Below are positions 1 through 8,939 of a stretch of 31,576 nucleotides of DNA, piece by piece. Source of the DNA: an uncultured Bacilli bacterium (GTDB taxonomy: Bacteria; Bacillota_I; Bacilli_A; RF39; UBA660). The stretch covers positions 1-31,576 of the forward strand of contig CALVJU010000049.1 of assembly GCA_944332375.1 (NCBI GenBank). Direction: 5' to 3'. Each line of letters opens with the position of its first letter. Position 1 is the first letter of the stretch. Below the pieces are notes generated by a model. It did no database searches. It worked only from the letters and a program-made list of their open reading frames with translations, and was not told the DNA's origin. A program made the position numbers and the translations under genes.

Positions 1-2
1 TT

Positions 3-179
3 TTGCTGTTAATATATATGATTTATTATATTAGCAGAAAAAATATTTTATTTTTTATAAATCCGTATTTGTTTGAAAATAATTTTATTGATTTAATATT
101 TTTTCTTATATTTAATACAATCATATATATAATTGTATTAAAAAAATCTATAGTTAAAATATTTGAAAGGAGCTTTTAA
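3..179 (+). CDS. 3' end of a hydrophobic membrane protein (probable ABC permease), truncated by the window edge
   Basis: Frame open from 3 to TAA 177-179 (LLLIYMIYYISRKNILFFINPYLFENNFIDLIFFLIFNTIIYIIVLKKSIVKIFERSF), hydrophobic, directly abutting the ATG of the ABC ATPase; not in the ORF track. Confidence 0.7.
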   Translation: MLLIYMIYYISRKNILFFINPYLFENNFIDLIFFLIFNTIIYIIVLKKSIVKIFERSF

Positions 180-824
180 ATGAAGATAGAGTTTAAAAAT
201 GTAAATAAGCAATTTAAAAAGACACCAATTTTAAAAAATGTAAATTTAGAATTTGAAAATGGCAAAATATATGGATTGATTGGTAGAAATGGTAGTGGAA
301 AAAGTGTATTTTTGAAACTTTTATGTGGCTTTTATGAACCAACTGAAGGACAAATATACTTTGATAATGTTGATTTGAAAAAAAGTGGCTTATTCCCACC
401 ATCTACGCGTTCACTTATAGAAAAACCTAACTTTTTACCTTATTTGACAGGATTTGAAAACTTAAAATTATTGGCAAATATTCAAAAAAAGATTTCAGAT
501 GAAAAGATAATTGAAGTATTGAATAAAGTAAATTTAACTAATGATATTAATAAAAAATATTGTGAATATTCACTTGGAATGAAACAAAAACTAGGAATAG
601 CTCAGGTGTTAATGGAAGATCCAGAAGTAATCGTTCTTGATGAACCATTTAATGGAATAGAGGATGAAACAGCAAAAAAAATTAGAAAAATATTATTAGA
701 AGAAAAGAAAAAAAACAAGATAATAATTATTGCTTCCCATATAAAGGAAGATATTGAGGAATTAGCTGATATTGTATTTAAGGTAGATAATGGAGAAATT
801 CTTGAGGTTATAAAAACAAAATAA
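180..824 (+). CDS. ABC transporter ATP-binding protein (single NBD, drug/peptide exporter type)
   Basis: Walker A GRNGSGKS, signature YSLGMKQ, Walker B VLDEP, H-loop ASH; RBS GAAAGGAG. Confidence 0.95.
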   Translation: MKIEFKNVNKQFKKTPILKNVNLEFENGKIYGLIGRNGSGKSVFLKLLCGFYEPTEGQIYFDNVDLKKSGLFPPSTRSLIEKPNFLPYLTGFENLKLLANIQKKISDEKIIEVLNKVNLTNDINKKYCEYSLGMKQKLGIAQVLMEDPEVIVLDEPFNGIEDETAKKIRKILLEEKKKNKIIIIASHIKEDIEELADIVFKVDNGEILEVIKTK

Positions 825-943
825 TATCATATAAAAAAATAATTTTAAAATAAAAGGAGTTGCATTGAAATTTATTTCATATTATTTGTAAATTCTTTTT
901 TTATTGTGTCTACTCTATGGGTTGCATTTCAGATTTGGCTTCC

Positions 944-972
944 TTGTTTTATTGTCAAAATAGTGTTAAAAT
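944..972 (+). promoter_or_regulatory. Putative sigma-A promoter upstream of uvrB
   Basis: TTGTTT (944-949), 17 nt, TAAAAT (967-972), with TG extended -10. Confidence 0.45.
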
Positions 973-1124
973 AGGTTATTGAAAAACGTCTTTGATTATT
1001 TAGTTTTATTTAGGTTTATTTAGTCAATTTGTGGCCGAAATTCGTATCCAAGCAAAAAAGACACATTTTTGATGTTATTAAAATAGGTTAGAATACGAAT
1101 TTTTGAAGATAGGATACGAATTTT
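966..1124. repeat. Repeat cluster upstream of uvrB
   Basis: 13-bp direct repeat TTAAAATAGGTTA (966-978, 1078-1090); TTATTTAG x3 at 10-bp period (996, 1006, 1016); 12-bp inverted repeat AAATTCGTATCC/GGATACGAATTT (1038-1049, 1112-1123); ATACGAATTTT direct repeat (1093, 1114). Confidence 0.85.
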
Positions 1125-1158
1125 CAGGTTGGTAGTAATCGTAGTAAAGGAGGATAAT

Positions 1159-3141
1159 ATGGAAAAAAAGAAAGAAGCAATGTTCAAAATTCATTCAAAG
1201 TTTAAACCTAGTGGAGATCAACCAGAAGCGATAGAACAACTAACAACTGGTATAAAACAGGGAGTAAAACATCAGGTATTATTGGGAGCAACAGGAACTG
1301 GAAAAACTTTTACGATTGCGAATGTAATCAAAGAAGTGAATAAACCTACTTTAGTGCTTGCTCATAATAAAACATTAGCTGGGCAATTATATGGGGAATT
1401 AAAAGAATTGTTTCCAAATAATCATGTAGAATATTTTGTCTCATACTATGACTACTATCAACCAGAAGCTTATGTCGCAAAAACCGATACATATATTGAA
1501 AAAGATGCAGCGATTAATGATGAAATTGATGAACTACGTCACTCTGCTACCTCTGCCCTACTCAAGTACAAAGATGTGATTGTAGTAGCGAGTGTTTCTT
1601 GTATTTATGGTATTGGAGATATAGAGGAATATCGTAAGAAGATGTTAACAATTGATGTCGGTGAGACCATTGATCGAGATGAAGTGATTGAGAAGTTAAT
1701 TGAAATGTTATATGAAAGAAATCAGATGGATTTAAAACGTGGGGCTTTTCGTGTTCGTGGTGATACTTTGGAGTTAGTACCGATTAATCAACATGGGAAA
1801 GGGATTCGTATTGAGTTTTTCGGAGATGAAGTAGATCGGATTGCAGAGTTTGATACAGTGACTGGAGCTGTATTAACTTTAAAAAATAGTATTAGTATTT
1901 TTCCTGCAAGTCACTTTGTTACGAGTGAAGATAAGTTAAAAATAGCGGTAAAAAATATCAAGGAAGAGCTAGAACAACAATTAGAGAAGTTTAAAAAAGA
2001 AAATAAATTAATTGAATATCAAAGGTTAATGGAAAGAACAAATTATGATATGGAAATGCTTTTGGAGACAGGATTTTGTAGAGGTGTTGAGAACTATTCT
2101 AGGCCATTAGCGTTAAAGCCACCAGGAGCGATGCCAACGACTTTGATTGATTTTTTTGGAGATGATTTTTTATTAGTTGTGGATGAATCCCATGTGACGT
2201 TACCACAGGTAAGAGGGATGTTCAATGGAGATCGGGCAAGAAAAGAAGTTTTAGTGAACTATGGGTTCCGTTTGCCGAGTGCTTTAGATAACCGCCCTCT
2301 TCGTTTTGAAGAGTTTGAAGGAAAGATTCATCAAGCAATTTATGTTTCTGCAACACCTGGAGATTATGAAAAGGCTTTAGCAGGAAGTCATATTGTGGAA
2401 CAGATTATTCGTCCAACAGGATTGTTAGATCCAACGATTGAAGTAAAACCAACAAAAGATCAGATTGATGATCTGTTGAATGAAATTCATAAGAGAATGG
2501 AAAAGAACGAGAGAACATTGGTTACTACTTTAACAATTCGTATGGCAGAAGAATTAACGACATATTTGAAAAGTGCGGATATTAAAGTAGCATATCTTCA
2601 TAGTGAAATAAAAACATTGGAACGTATGAGAATTATTCGTGATTTAAGATTAGGAAAATATGATGTTGTGGTTGGAATTAACTTATTACGCGAGGGAATT
2701 GATATTCCAGAAGTTAGTTTGATTGCAATCTTAGATGCGGATAAGCAAGGGTTCTTGCGTAGTGATCGCAGTTTGATTCAGACAATTGGTAGAGCTGCTC
2801 GTAATAGTGAAGGACATGTCATTATGTATGCGGATACGATTAGTGATTCGATGAAAGTAGCAATTGATGAAACAAAAAGAAGACGTGCGATTCAAGAGAA
2901 ATACAATCAAGAACATGGAATTACTCCTAAAACAATTATAAAAGAAATTCATGAAGTGATTTCCAATAATAAAGAAATCGAAGAGAAAAAGCCAGAGAAG
3001 ATGAGTAAACAAGAACGACATAAATTGATGATGGAAATTGAATCAGAAATGAATTTGGCTGCAAAGAATTTAGATTTTGAAAGAGCTATGGAATTAAGAA
3101 ATATTTTGTTTGAATTACAAAGTGAATCATCTGAAAAATAG
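1159..3141 (+). CDS. uvrB: Excinuclease ABC subunit B
   Basis: GATGTGKT Walker [11 protein letters not shown] beta-hairpin, VDESH, GRAARN, C-terminal UVR domain; start moved to ATG 1159 after AAAGGAGG. Confidence 0.99.
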   Translation: MEKKKEAMFKIHSKFKPSGDQPEAIEQLTTGIKQGVKHQVLLGATGTGKTFTIANVIKEVNKPTLVLAHNKTLAGQLYGELKELFPNNHVEYFVSYYDYYQPEAYVAKTDTYIEKDAAINDEIDELRHSATSALLKYKDVIVVASVSCIYGIGDIEEYRKKMLTIDVGETIDRDEVIEKLIEMLYERNQMDLKRGAFRVRGDTLELVPINQHGKGIRIEFFGDEVDRIAEFDTVTGAVLTLKNSISIFPASHFVTSEDKLKIAVKNIKEELEQQLEKFKKENKLIEYQRLMERTNYDMEMLLETGFCRGVENYSRPLALKPPGAMPTTLIDFFGDDFLLVVDESHVTLPQVRGMFNGDRARKEVLVNYGFRLPSALDNRPLRFEEFEGKIHQAIYVSATPGDYEKALAGSHIVEQIIRPTGLLDPTIEVKPTKDQIDDLLNEIHKRMEKNERTLVTTLTIRMAEELTTYLKSADIKVAYLHSEIKTLERMRIIRDLRLGKYDVVVGINLLREGIDIPEVSLIAILDADKQGFLRSDRSLIQTIGRAARNSEGHVIMYADTISDSMKVAIDETKRRRAIQEKYNQEHGITPKTIIKEIHEVISNNKEIEEKKPEKMSKQERHKLMMEIESEMNLAAKNLDFERAMELRNILFELQSESSEK

Positions 3142-3171
3142 AGTATAAAACAAAACATATACTCTATTTTT
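3134..3171 (+). terminator. Rho-independent terminator after uvrB
   Basis: 14-bp inverted repeat AAAAATAGAGTATA / TATACTCTATTTTT with T-run. Confidence 0.8.
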
Positions 3172-3257
3172 GTCTATTTTTGACATCTTTTAAAGAGAAA
3201 AGTGTAGATACATACTTGCATAGAATTATGATATAATAGAATAAGGGAAGTGAAGAT

Positions 3258-3689
3258 ATGCGCATAATTATTGAAGATAGTAAAGAACATAAAGTTCATT
3301 TAAATCGTGTGATTGAATGGTTTATTGGTATGGTAGGATATGCGATTATATTAATTGCTGTTTCTCTTTTATTTCCTAAGACATTACAGATTGATTCTAA
3401 TTATTTTGGGTTTTGGGCACTGATTGCAGCGATTATCATCTTCATATTGAATAAAACAATCAAACCAATTTTGTTTTGGTTGACTTTACCAATTACAGGA
3501 CTTACATTGGGTTTATTTTATCCATGTATCAATGTTTTTATTCTATATATTGTTAGTTTTCTTTTACGAAATCACTTTCAAATTCATGGATTTTGGATGG
3601 CATTTCTGATTGCAGTGATTATTTCAATATTAAATATGTTAATGGATAGTATTGTTTTAACTCCCCTTTTTAGGAGAAAGAAAGTATGA
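3258..3689 (+). CDS. Phage holin family 4 / YvlD-like membrane protein
   Basis: Four hydrophobic segments, LNKTIKPIL...LTLPITGLTLGLF motif typical of YvlD; position upstream of lgt; extended -10 TGATATAAT at 3229-3237. Confidence 0.85.
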   Translation: MRIIIEDSKEHKVHLNRVIEWFIGMVGYAIILIAVSLLFPKTLQIDSNYFGFWALIAAIIIFILNKTIKPILFWLTLPITGLTLGLFYPCINVFILYIVSFLLRNHFQIHGFWMAFLIAVIISILNMLMDSIVLTPLFRRKKV

Positions 3690-4483
3690 ATCCAATATTG
3701 ATAGAAATTGGCCCACTACAAATTCACTGGTATTCTCTTTTTATTGCAATCGGACTTTTGTTAGGAGGAACTTATGTATTAAAGGAAGCAAAACATCATG
3801 GAATATCTGAGGATCAGATGATTGATTTTTTCTTTTTTTTAATTCCAATAGCTTTTATTGGAGCAAGGCTTTATTTTGTTCTGTTTCACCTTGATTATTA
3901 TTTACAATATCCAATGGATATCTTGAAAGTATGGGAAGGTGGTCTAGCAATTCATGGAGGAATTCTTGCAGGACTTCTTTATCTATTATACTTTACGAAA
4001 AAAAATCATTATTCTCCCCTATTCTTTTGTGATATGGCGGTTGTTGCCCTGATTTTAGGACAGGCAATTGGAAGATGGGGGAACTTTGTGAATGGAGAAG
4101 CATATGGTCCTGTAACGAGTTTATCTTTTTTAGAAAGGATTCATCTTCCACAATTTATTATTGATGGGATGTTGATTGGTGGAAATTATCATCACCCTAC
4201 TTTCTTATATGAGTCTATTTGGTGTCTTATTGGCTTTATCATACTATTACTTTTGAAGAGAAAGAAAAAGTTAAAGATAGGAACATTAACTAGTTTTTAT
4301 CTTATCTGGTATGGAATAGAAAGATTCTTTGTAGAAGGATTAAGAACAGATAGTTTGATGTTAGGGCCAATTAAGATTGCTCAAATTATGTCTATTTTGT
4401 TTGTACTATCTGGTATTATGGTAGCAATCTATTGTTTTAAGAAGCAAAAGAAGCTTTATAAGGAGGAAAATTATGGAGCATAG
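3686..4483 (+). CDS. lgt: Prolipoprotein diacylglyceryl transferase
   Basis: GARLYFV, GGLAIHGG, QAIGRWGNF, HPTFLYES, RFFVEGLR motifs. Confidence 0.98.
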   Translation: MNPILIEIGPLQIHWYSLFIAIGLLLGGTYVLKEAKHHGISEDQMIDFFFFLIPIAFIGARLYFVLFHLDYYLQYPMDILKVWEGGLAIHGGILAGLLYLLYFTKKNHYSPLFFCDMAVVALILGQAIGRWGNFVNGEAYGPVTSLSFLERIHLPQFIIDGMLIGGNYHHPTFLYESIWCLIGFIILLLLKRKKKLKIGTLTSFYLIWYGIERFFVEGLRTDSLMLGPIKIAQIMSILFVLSGIMVAIYCFKKQKKLYKEENYGA

Positions 4484-5387
4484 TATTATCATTATTGGAG
4501 CTGGAATGAGTGGAATGACGGCTGCAATTTACTTAAAAAGAGCTGGTCATGATGTGATATTAATGGAAAAAGAAATTCCTGGCGGTCAAATTAATAAAAC
4601 AGCGGAAGTAGAAAATTATCCAGGTTTTTTAAAAGTAGATGGACCTACCATTGCGATGAATGTGTATGAACAAGTTCAAGCTCTTAACATTCCTGTATTA
4701 TTTGAATCTGTAGAGAGTATAAAAAAAGAAGATAAGATTTACATAAAGACAAATAAAGGAGAATATACTTGTAAACGATTAATTATCGCATCTGGTAGAT
4801 ATCCTAGAAAATTAAACTTAGAATTCGAGGAACAGTATATAGGCCATGGAATCAGTTATTGTGCTCTCTGTGATGGAGCATTCTTTAAAGGAAAAACAGT
4901 TGCAGTAGTAGGAAGTGGAAATAGTGCATTAGAAGAAGCTTTATATCTATCCAATATCTGTGAAAAAGTGTTGATGATCAATCGAAGTGAGAAATATAAA
5001 GGAAGTCCATTATTATTAGAACGATTAAAAAAATGTCACAACGTTTCTTTATCATATCAAACAAATATTACAAAATTACTAGGAGATGGAACTGTTTTAA
5101 ATGGAATTGAAATAGCAAAAGAAAATCAAAAAGAAACGCTTTCTTTAGATGGATTGTTTGTATATATTGGATCTGTACCAAATACAGACTTCTTAGAAAA
5201 TACAGGTATTGAATTAAAAGACCATTTTATTGTTACAGATCAACAAATGCATACGACAGTATCTGGAATTTACGCTTGTGGAGATTGTGTTCAAAAAGAA
5301 GTTTATCAATTAACCACTGCTGTCGGAGATGGTGCAGTTGCAGCAACGATGGTAGATAAAGAAATGAATTGTGAAAAGAATTGGTAG
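4473..5387 (+). CDS. trxB: Thioredoxin-disulfide reductase
   Basis: GAGMSG FAD motif, GISYCALCDG redox CxxC, GSGNSA NADPH motif, YACGD. Confidence 0.93.
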   Translation: MEHSIIIIGAGMSGMTAAIYLKRAGHDVILMEKEIPGGQINKTAEVENYPGFLKVDGPTIAMNVYEQVQALNIPVLFESVESIKKEDKIYIKTNKGEYTCKRLIIASGRYPRKLNLEFEEQYIGHGISYCALCDGAFFKGKTVAVVGSGNSALEEALYLSNICEKVLMINRSEKYKGSPLLLERLKKCHNVSLSYQTNITKLLGDGTVLNGIEIAKENQKETLSLDGLFVYIGSVPNTDFLENTGIELKDHFIVTDQQMHTTVSGIYACGDCVQKEVYQLTTAVGDGAVAATMVDKEMNCEKNW

Positions 5388-5408
5388 AATGTTACGAATT
5401 CTTTTTTT
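5374..5408 (+). terminator. Probable terminator after trxB
   Basis: AAAAGAATT (5374-5382) / AATTCTTTT (5397-5405) with T-run. Confidence 0.6.
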
Positions 5409-5464
5409 GTAGAGAAATGAGCAATTTATAAAAAAATATAGTATAATAATAGTGGTGATAGTGA

Positions 5465-6409
5465 ATGAAAAAGAAAATTGTTGTGTTGGGTGGAGGAACA
5501 GGGATGTCTACTCTACTTCGTGGTCTAAAACAATTTCCAGTAGATATTACTGCAATTGTTTCTGTTTGTGATGATGGCAGAAGTACTGGTAGATTAAGAC
5601 AGGAATTTAATACAATTGCTGTTGGAGATATCAGACGTGTCATTGTCGCACTTTCAGAAGTAGAACCACTTGTAGAAAAGCTATTTAACTATCGATTCCA
5701 TACAACAAGTGATTTAGATGGTCATACTGTAGGAAATCTATTATTAACGGCTATGTCAAATATTAATGGGAATTTATCAGAAGGAATTGAAGCATTAGCA
5801 AAAATCCTAAATCTAAAGGGTCGAGTATTACCATTAACAGAAGATAACGTTGTATTAATGGCTGATATGGAAGATGGAAGAACCATTGAAGGAGAACATA
5901 ATATAACAGAAACGCATGGTGTGATAAAGAAAGTATATTATAAAGAGGAACCTGTTGTTAGTTCAGAAGTAATTCGTTCTATTAAAGAAGCAGATTTAAT
6001 CTTACTTTCTATGGGAAGTTTATATACAAGTATTATCCCTAATTTAATTTGCAAAGATGTCATTGAGGCAATAGATAAGAGCCATGCCCAAGTGATGTAT
6101 GTTTGTAATATGATGACCCAACCAGGAGAAACAGATAATTTTACCGTAGCAGATCATATTAAAGTCTTAAATAAATATTTAGGAAAACATAAAGTAGATA
6201 CAGTAATTGCCAATGAAGGAATAATTGATAAAGTATTGAGAGATAAATATGCAGATTTAGAACAGAAAGATCCTGTCAAAGTTGATATTGCTGCTTTAAA
6301 AGAGTTAAATGTACAAATTATAGAAGATGATTTTGTGATTATCGAAGATGGTGTGTTAAGACATAATACAATGAAATTAGCATTCCATATCTTCTCCAAT
6401 TTATTATAA
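5465..6409 (+). CDS. yvcK: YvcK/CofD-related UDP-binding morphogenesis factor
   Basis: GGGTG, DDGRSTG, GHTVGNL, GSLYTSIIPNL, MTQPGET motifs; upstream of whiA. Confidence 0.96.
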   Translation: MKKKIVVLGGGTGMSTLLRGLKQFPVDITAIVSVCDDGRSTGRLRQEFNTIAVGDIRRVIVALSEVEPLVEKLFNYRFHTTSDLDGHTVGNLLLTAMSNINGNLSEGIEALAKILNLKGRVLPLTEDNVVLMADMEDGRTIEGEHNITETHGVIKKVYYKEEPVVSSEVIRSIKEADLILLSMGSLYTSIIPNLICKDVIEAIDKSHAQVMYVCNMMTQPGETDNFTVADHIKVLNKYLGKHKVDTVIANEGIIDKVLRDKYADLEQKDPVKVDIAALKELNVQIIEDDFVIIEDGVLRHNTMKLAFHIFSNLL

Positions 6410-7344
6410 TGTCGTTTACAAGTAAAATTAAAGAAGAAGTATGCAACTTAACAACGACGAAAACAGATGAGATTTCTGAACTATCTGCGTTGATTCGCAA
6501 TCTTGGTATTATTTATCCTAATTATTTTCAAATCATAACGGAAAATGAAAATGTATCCAGTCATATATTCAATTTATTACAAAGAAATTATGATATTACG
6601 CCACGTATCACCGTACGTCGTGGTTATAACTTTAATAAAAATTTACAGTATATTCTTGAAGTAAAACAAAAGAAAGAAGAAATATTAGAAGATTTATCTA
6701 TTATTGAAAACGGAAAAATGAGTATGATTCCCAAAACCTATATCTATGATGATTTTGAATTAAAAAGAGATTACTTAAGAGGAGTTTTCTTATCTTGTGG
6801 AAGTATGAATGATCCGAAAACATCTAGATACCATTTAGAATTTGTCTTCAGTGATTTTGAATATGCAGAATTTATTCAAGAGTTATTAAATCAATTCCAT
6901 TTGAATGCGAAATGGTTAAAAAGAGAAAACAAATATATGGTTTATATGAAGGAAGCAGAAAAAATTGGAGATTTCTTAAGAGTAATTGGAGCAGATAGAG
7001 CGACATTATACTATGAGGATATTCGTATCTTTCGTGAAGAAAAAAACCGTGCTAATCGGTTAAATAACTGTGAACAAGCAAATGTAGAAAAACAAATGGA
7101 AACTGCTTTTCAACAAGTAAAAGATATCGAGTATTTAAAAGAGAAAGATGTTTTTGAATTATTAGATGAGAAAGTGCAAGAAGCAGCCAATTATCGTTTG
7201 AAATATCCTGAAGTATCACTATTAGAACTAAGTGAGATTATCAGTATAGAAACAGGGAATCAAATTACAAAATCAGGTCTTCATCATCGTTTTAAAAAGA
7301 TAAAAGATTTAGTGAAAAAGATGAAAGCAAAGGGAGATGCTTGA
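6409..7344 (+). CDS. whiA: DNA-binding protein WhiA
   Basis: YLRGVFLSCGS..DP...YHLE, NRLNNCEQAN, ITKSGLHHRF HTH; 1-nt overlap with yvcK. Confidence 0.97.
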   Translation: MSFTSKIKEEVCNLTTTKTDEISELSALIRNLGIIYPNYFQIITENENVSSHIFNLLQRNYDITPRITVRRGYNFNKNLQYILEVKQKKEEILEDLSIIENGKMSMIPKTYIYDDFELKRDYLRGVFLSCGSMNDPKTSRYHLEFVFSDFEYAEFIQELLNQFHLNAKWLKRENKYMVYMKEAEKIGDFLRVIGADRATLYYEDIRIFREEKNRANRLNNCEQANVEKQMETAFQQVKDIEYLKEKDVFELLDEKVQEAANYRLKYPEVSLLELSEIISIETGNQITKSGLHHRFKKIKDLVKKMKAKGDA

Positions 7345-7349
7345 TGAAA

Positions 7350-7457
7350 ATGTGACTTTTAACTTAAAATTCAATTTTTTACATTGTGTTTTTTAATAGG
7401 ACATTTTAACTTGTAAACCAATCTAAAAAAGCGGACATTTTAACTTAAAAGTCACAT
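7350..7457. repeat. 108-bp element with 13-bp terminal inverted repeats and internal direct repeats
   Basis: ATGTGACTTTTAA (7350-7362) / TTAAAAGTCACAT (7445-7457); GGACATTTTAACTT at 7399-7412 and 7433-7446; third variant GACTTTTAACTT at 7354. Confidence 0.85.
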
Positions 7458-7473
7458 GTTGCATATACCTTCG

Positions 7474-7503
7474 TTGACAATAATTCCATTCCTATACTAT
7501 AAT
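7474..7503 (+). promoter_or_regulatory. Consensus sigma-A promoter of the HIT gene
   Basis: TTGACA (7474-7479), 18 nt, TATAAT (7498-7503). Confidence 0.75.
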
Positions 7504-7542
7504 TACTTTGGTAGTCTCTTGATGTTGAAAGGAGTGTTTCTC

Positions 7543-7962
7543 ATGGACTTGACATTTATGAAAAAATTTAAACCTGAGACAAGATGTATTAAAGAATTTA
7601 AGTATTGGATTGTATGTGTTCGTCCGAAACAGGTAACTATTGGTGATGCAGTTATTCTGTTAAAAAGGGAAACTTCATCATTAGGCAATATTCTTCCTGA
7701 GGAAAGTGCTGAGTTCCCTGAAGTTATTAAATGGTATGAAGACGTATGCGTTTCTAAATTTGGCGCAATTAAGTTTAATTATACTGTTGCTATGATGCAT
7801 GATTCTTTTGTTCATTATCATGCTTTTCCTCGTTATGATAAGGTTATAAATATTTTTGGAAAAACTTGGAAGGATGAGGAATGGCCTGCGTTAGTAAGTT
7901 TTAGAAATGTTCCTGTCGAAGAAGATATATTACAATCAATTAAGAATTATATGCAATCATAA
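7543..7962 (+). CDS. HIT-family hydrolase with degenerate histidine triad
   Basis: RPKQVTIG N-terminal motif and MMHDSFVHYHAFPRY aligning with HxHxHxxPR; start moved to ATG 7543 after AAAGGAG. Confidence 0.8.
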   Translation: MDLTFMKKFKPETRCIKEFKYWIVCVRPKQVTIGDAVILLKRETSSLGNILPEESAEFPEVIKWYEDVCVSKFGAIKFNYTVAMMHDSFVHYHAFPRYDKVINIFGKTWKDEEWPALVSFRNVPVEEDILQSIKNYMQS

Positions 7963-7966
7963 ATAA

Positions 7967-8134
7967 ATTACTACAGGTACCGAAATATTATTTAAAAATA
8001 CAGCCGGAAGATTAATTAAATATTCAGAACATGCACAAGAAAAATTTTTATCCGATTACATCCCATTCTCTGAAAGACTTTCTAAAGATTTTGCAAAAAA
8101 ATATTTACTTCAAAGAAAATATGAGTTAAAATAA
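7967..8134 (+). pseudogene. Start-less 55-codon frame, probable 3' part of a split small gene
   Basis: ITTGTEILFKNTAGRLIKYSEHAQEKFLSDYIPFSERLSKDFAKKYLLQRKYELK* bounded by TAA 7964-7966 and TAA 8132-8134, with no start codon near its 5' end. Confidence 0.45.
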
Positions 8135-8159
8135 ACAATATCTTTGGGGGAGATCGTAT

Positions 8160-8873
8160 ATGGAGAAAGTATATAAGTTAAGTCAAATTATATTTGCTTT
8201 AAGACAAGAATATCAAAAAGTACAAAAGGAGCTAGAAACTTTAAAGAAATATGTTGTTTCTACAGATACATTGGATGATTATTATTTTAATTTAGAGGGA
8301 AACCCAACAAGAATGTTACTATATTTGGAAATAAAACAAAGAAAGTTGGAAAAACTATTTGGAAAAGATTGCATGGTTTGTAAAGATATTACTGAGAATG
8401 TTGATAAAAAATATATTTGTCATGGAAAACCATTGTGCCAAATTTCTGACCCGGTAGAATTATCAACAGAAATAGAAAAAATTATTTATTCGGATTTTGT
8501 TCATAATATGAGAAATATGCGAGCTTTTCAACATTGTTTAGAAGAACAAAAGGACGTTATTTGCATTGAACCAGATAAAATTCGCCTTTGGACGTTACCA
8601 GATGAAACAAAGGCAGAACATTTTATGGAATATAATGCTCATGCTGATCAATTGGTTGTTCGAAGTGGTAAAAAAATGACGAACCCTATAGATGTGATGC
8701 ATTTGTTACAGCTTTCTTTTGATGGAACAAAATTAAATGAATTTCAACAAGCGGTGATTGATCAATATATTAGACGTGATTTATTTTTAGAAGATGTTGT
8801 CACAGAAGATCAACTTGTTTTAGGAATTGAAGATAATTCTAAGAAAATTGTATTAACACCAAAGCATCGATAA
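8160..8873 (+). CDS. Hypothetical protein (orphan, 237 aa)
   Basis: RBS GGGGAG; candidate promoter TTTACT-N17-TAAAAT (8104-8132); N-terminal heptad-like segment, CMVC; no family recognised. Confidence 0.85.
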   Translation: MEKVYKLSQIIFALRQEYQKVQKELETLKKYVVSTDTLDDYYFNLEGNPTRMLLYLEIKQRKLEKLFGKDCMVCKDITENVDKKYICHGKPLCQISDPVELSTEIEKIIYSDFVHNMRNMRAFQHCLEEQKDVICIEPDKIRLWTLPDETKAEHFMEYNAHADQLVVRSGKKMTNPIDVMHLLQLSFDGTKLNEFQQAVIDQYIRRDLFLEDVVTEDQLVLGIEDNSKKIVLTPKHR

Positions 8874-8939
8874 AATGAATTTGTGAAATTACATTTTCAT
8901 TTTTTTTTATTTATAGTATAATGTTATGTAGGTGATTCC

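Noticed and set aside
111-142. 11-bp inverted repeat TTTAATACAAT/ATTGTATTAAA before the ABC ATPase, possible operator
   Set aside because: It lies inside the upstream reading frame in extremely AT-rich DNA, so it is likely chance
3258-3689. Holin-family gene as a sign of prophage
   Set aside because: YvlD-type genes are core and lgt-linked in Bacilli, and there are no phage genes nearby
7967-7990. TTGTEIL resembles STGTEV of Crh/HPr, at the position where crh normally lies
   Set aside because: The match is only a few residues, with no HPr active-site motifs and the wrong position in the protein
8900-8908. T9 tract in the spacer of the DHH gene promoter, possible phase variation
   Set aside because: It doubles as the T-run of the upstream terminator, and such tracts are common at this GC content
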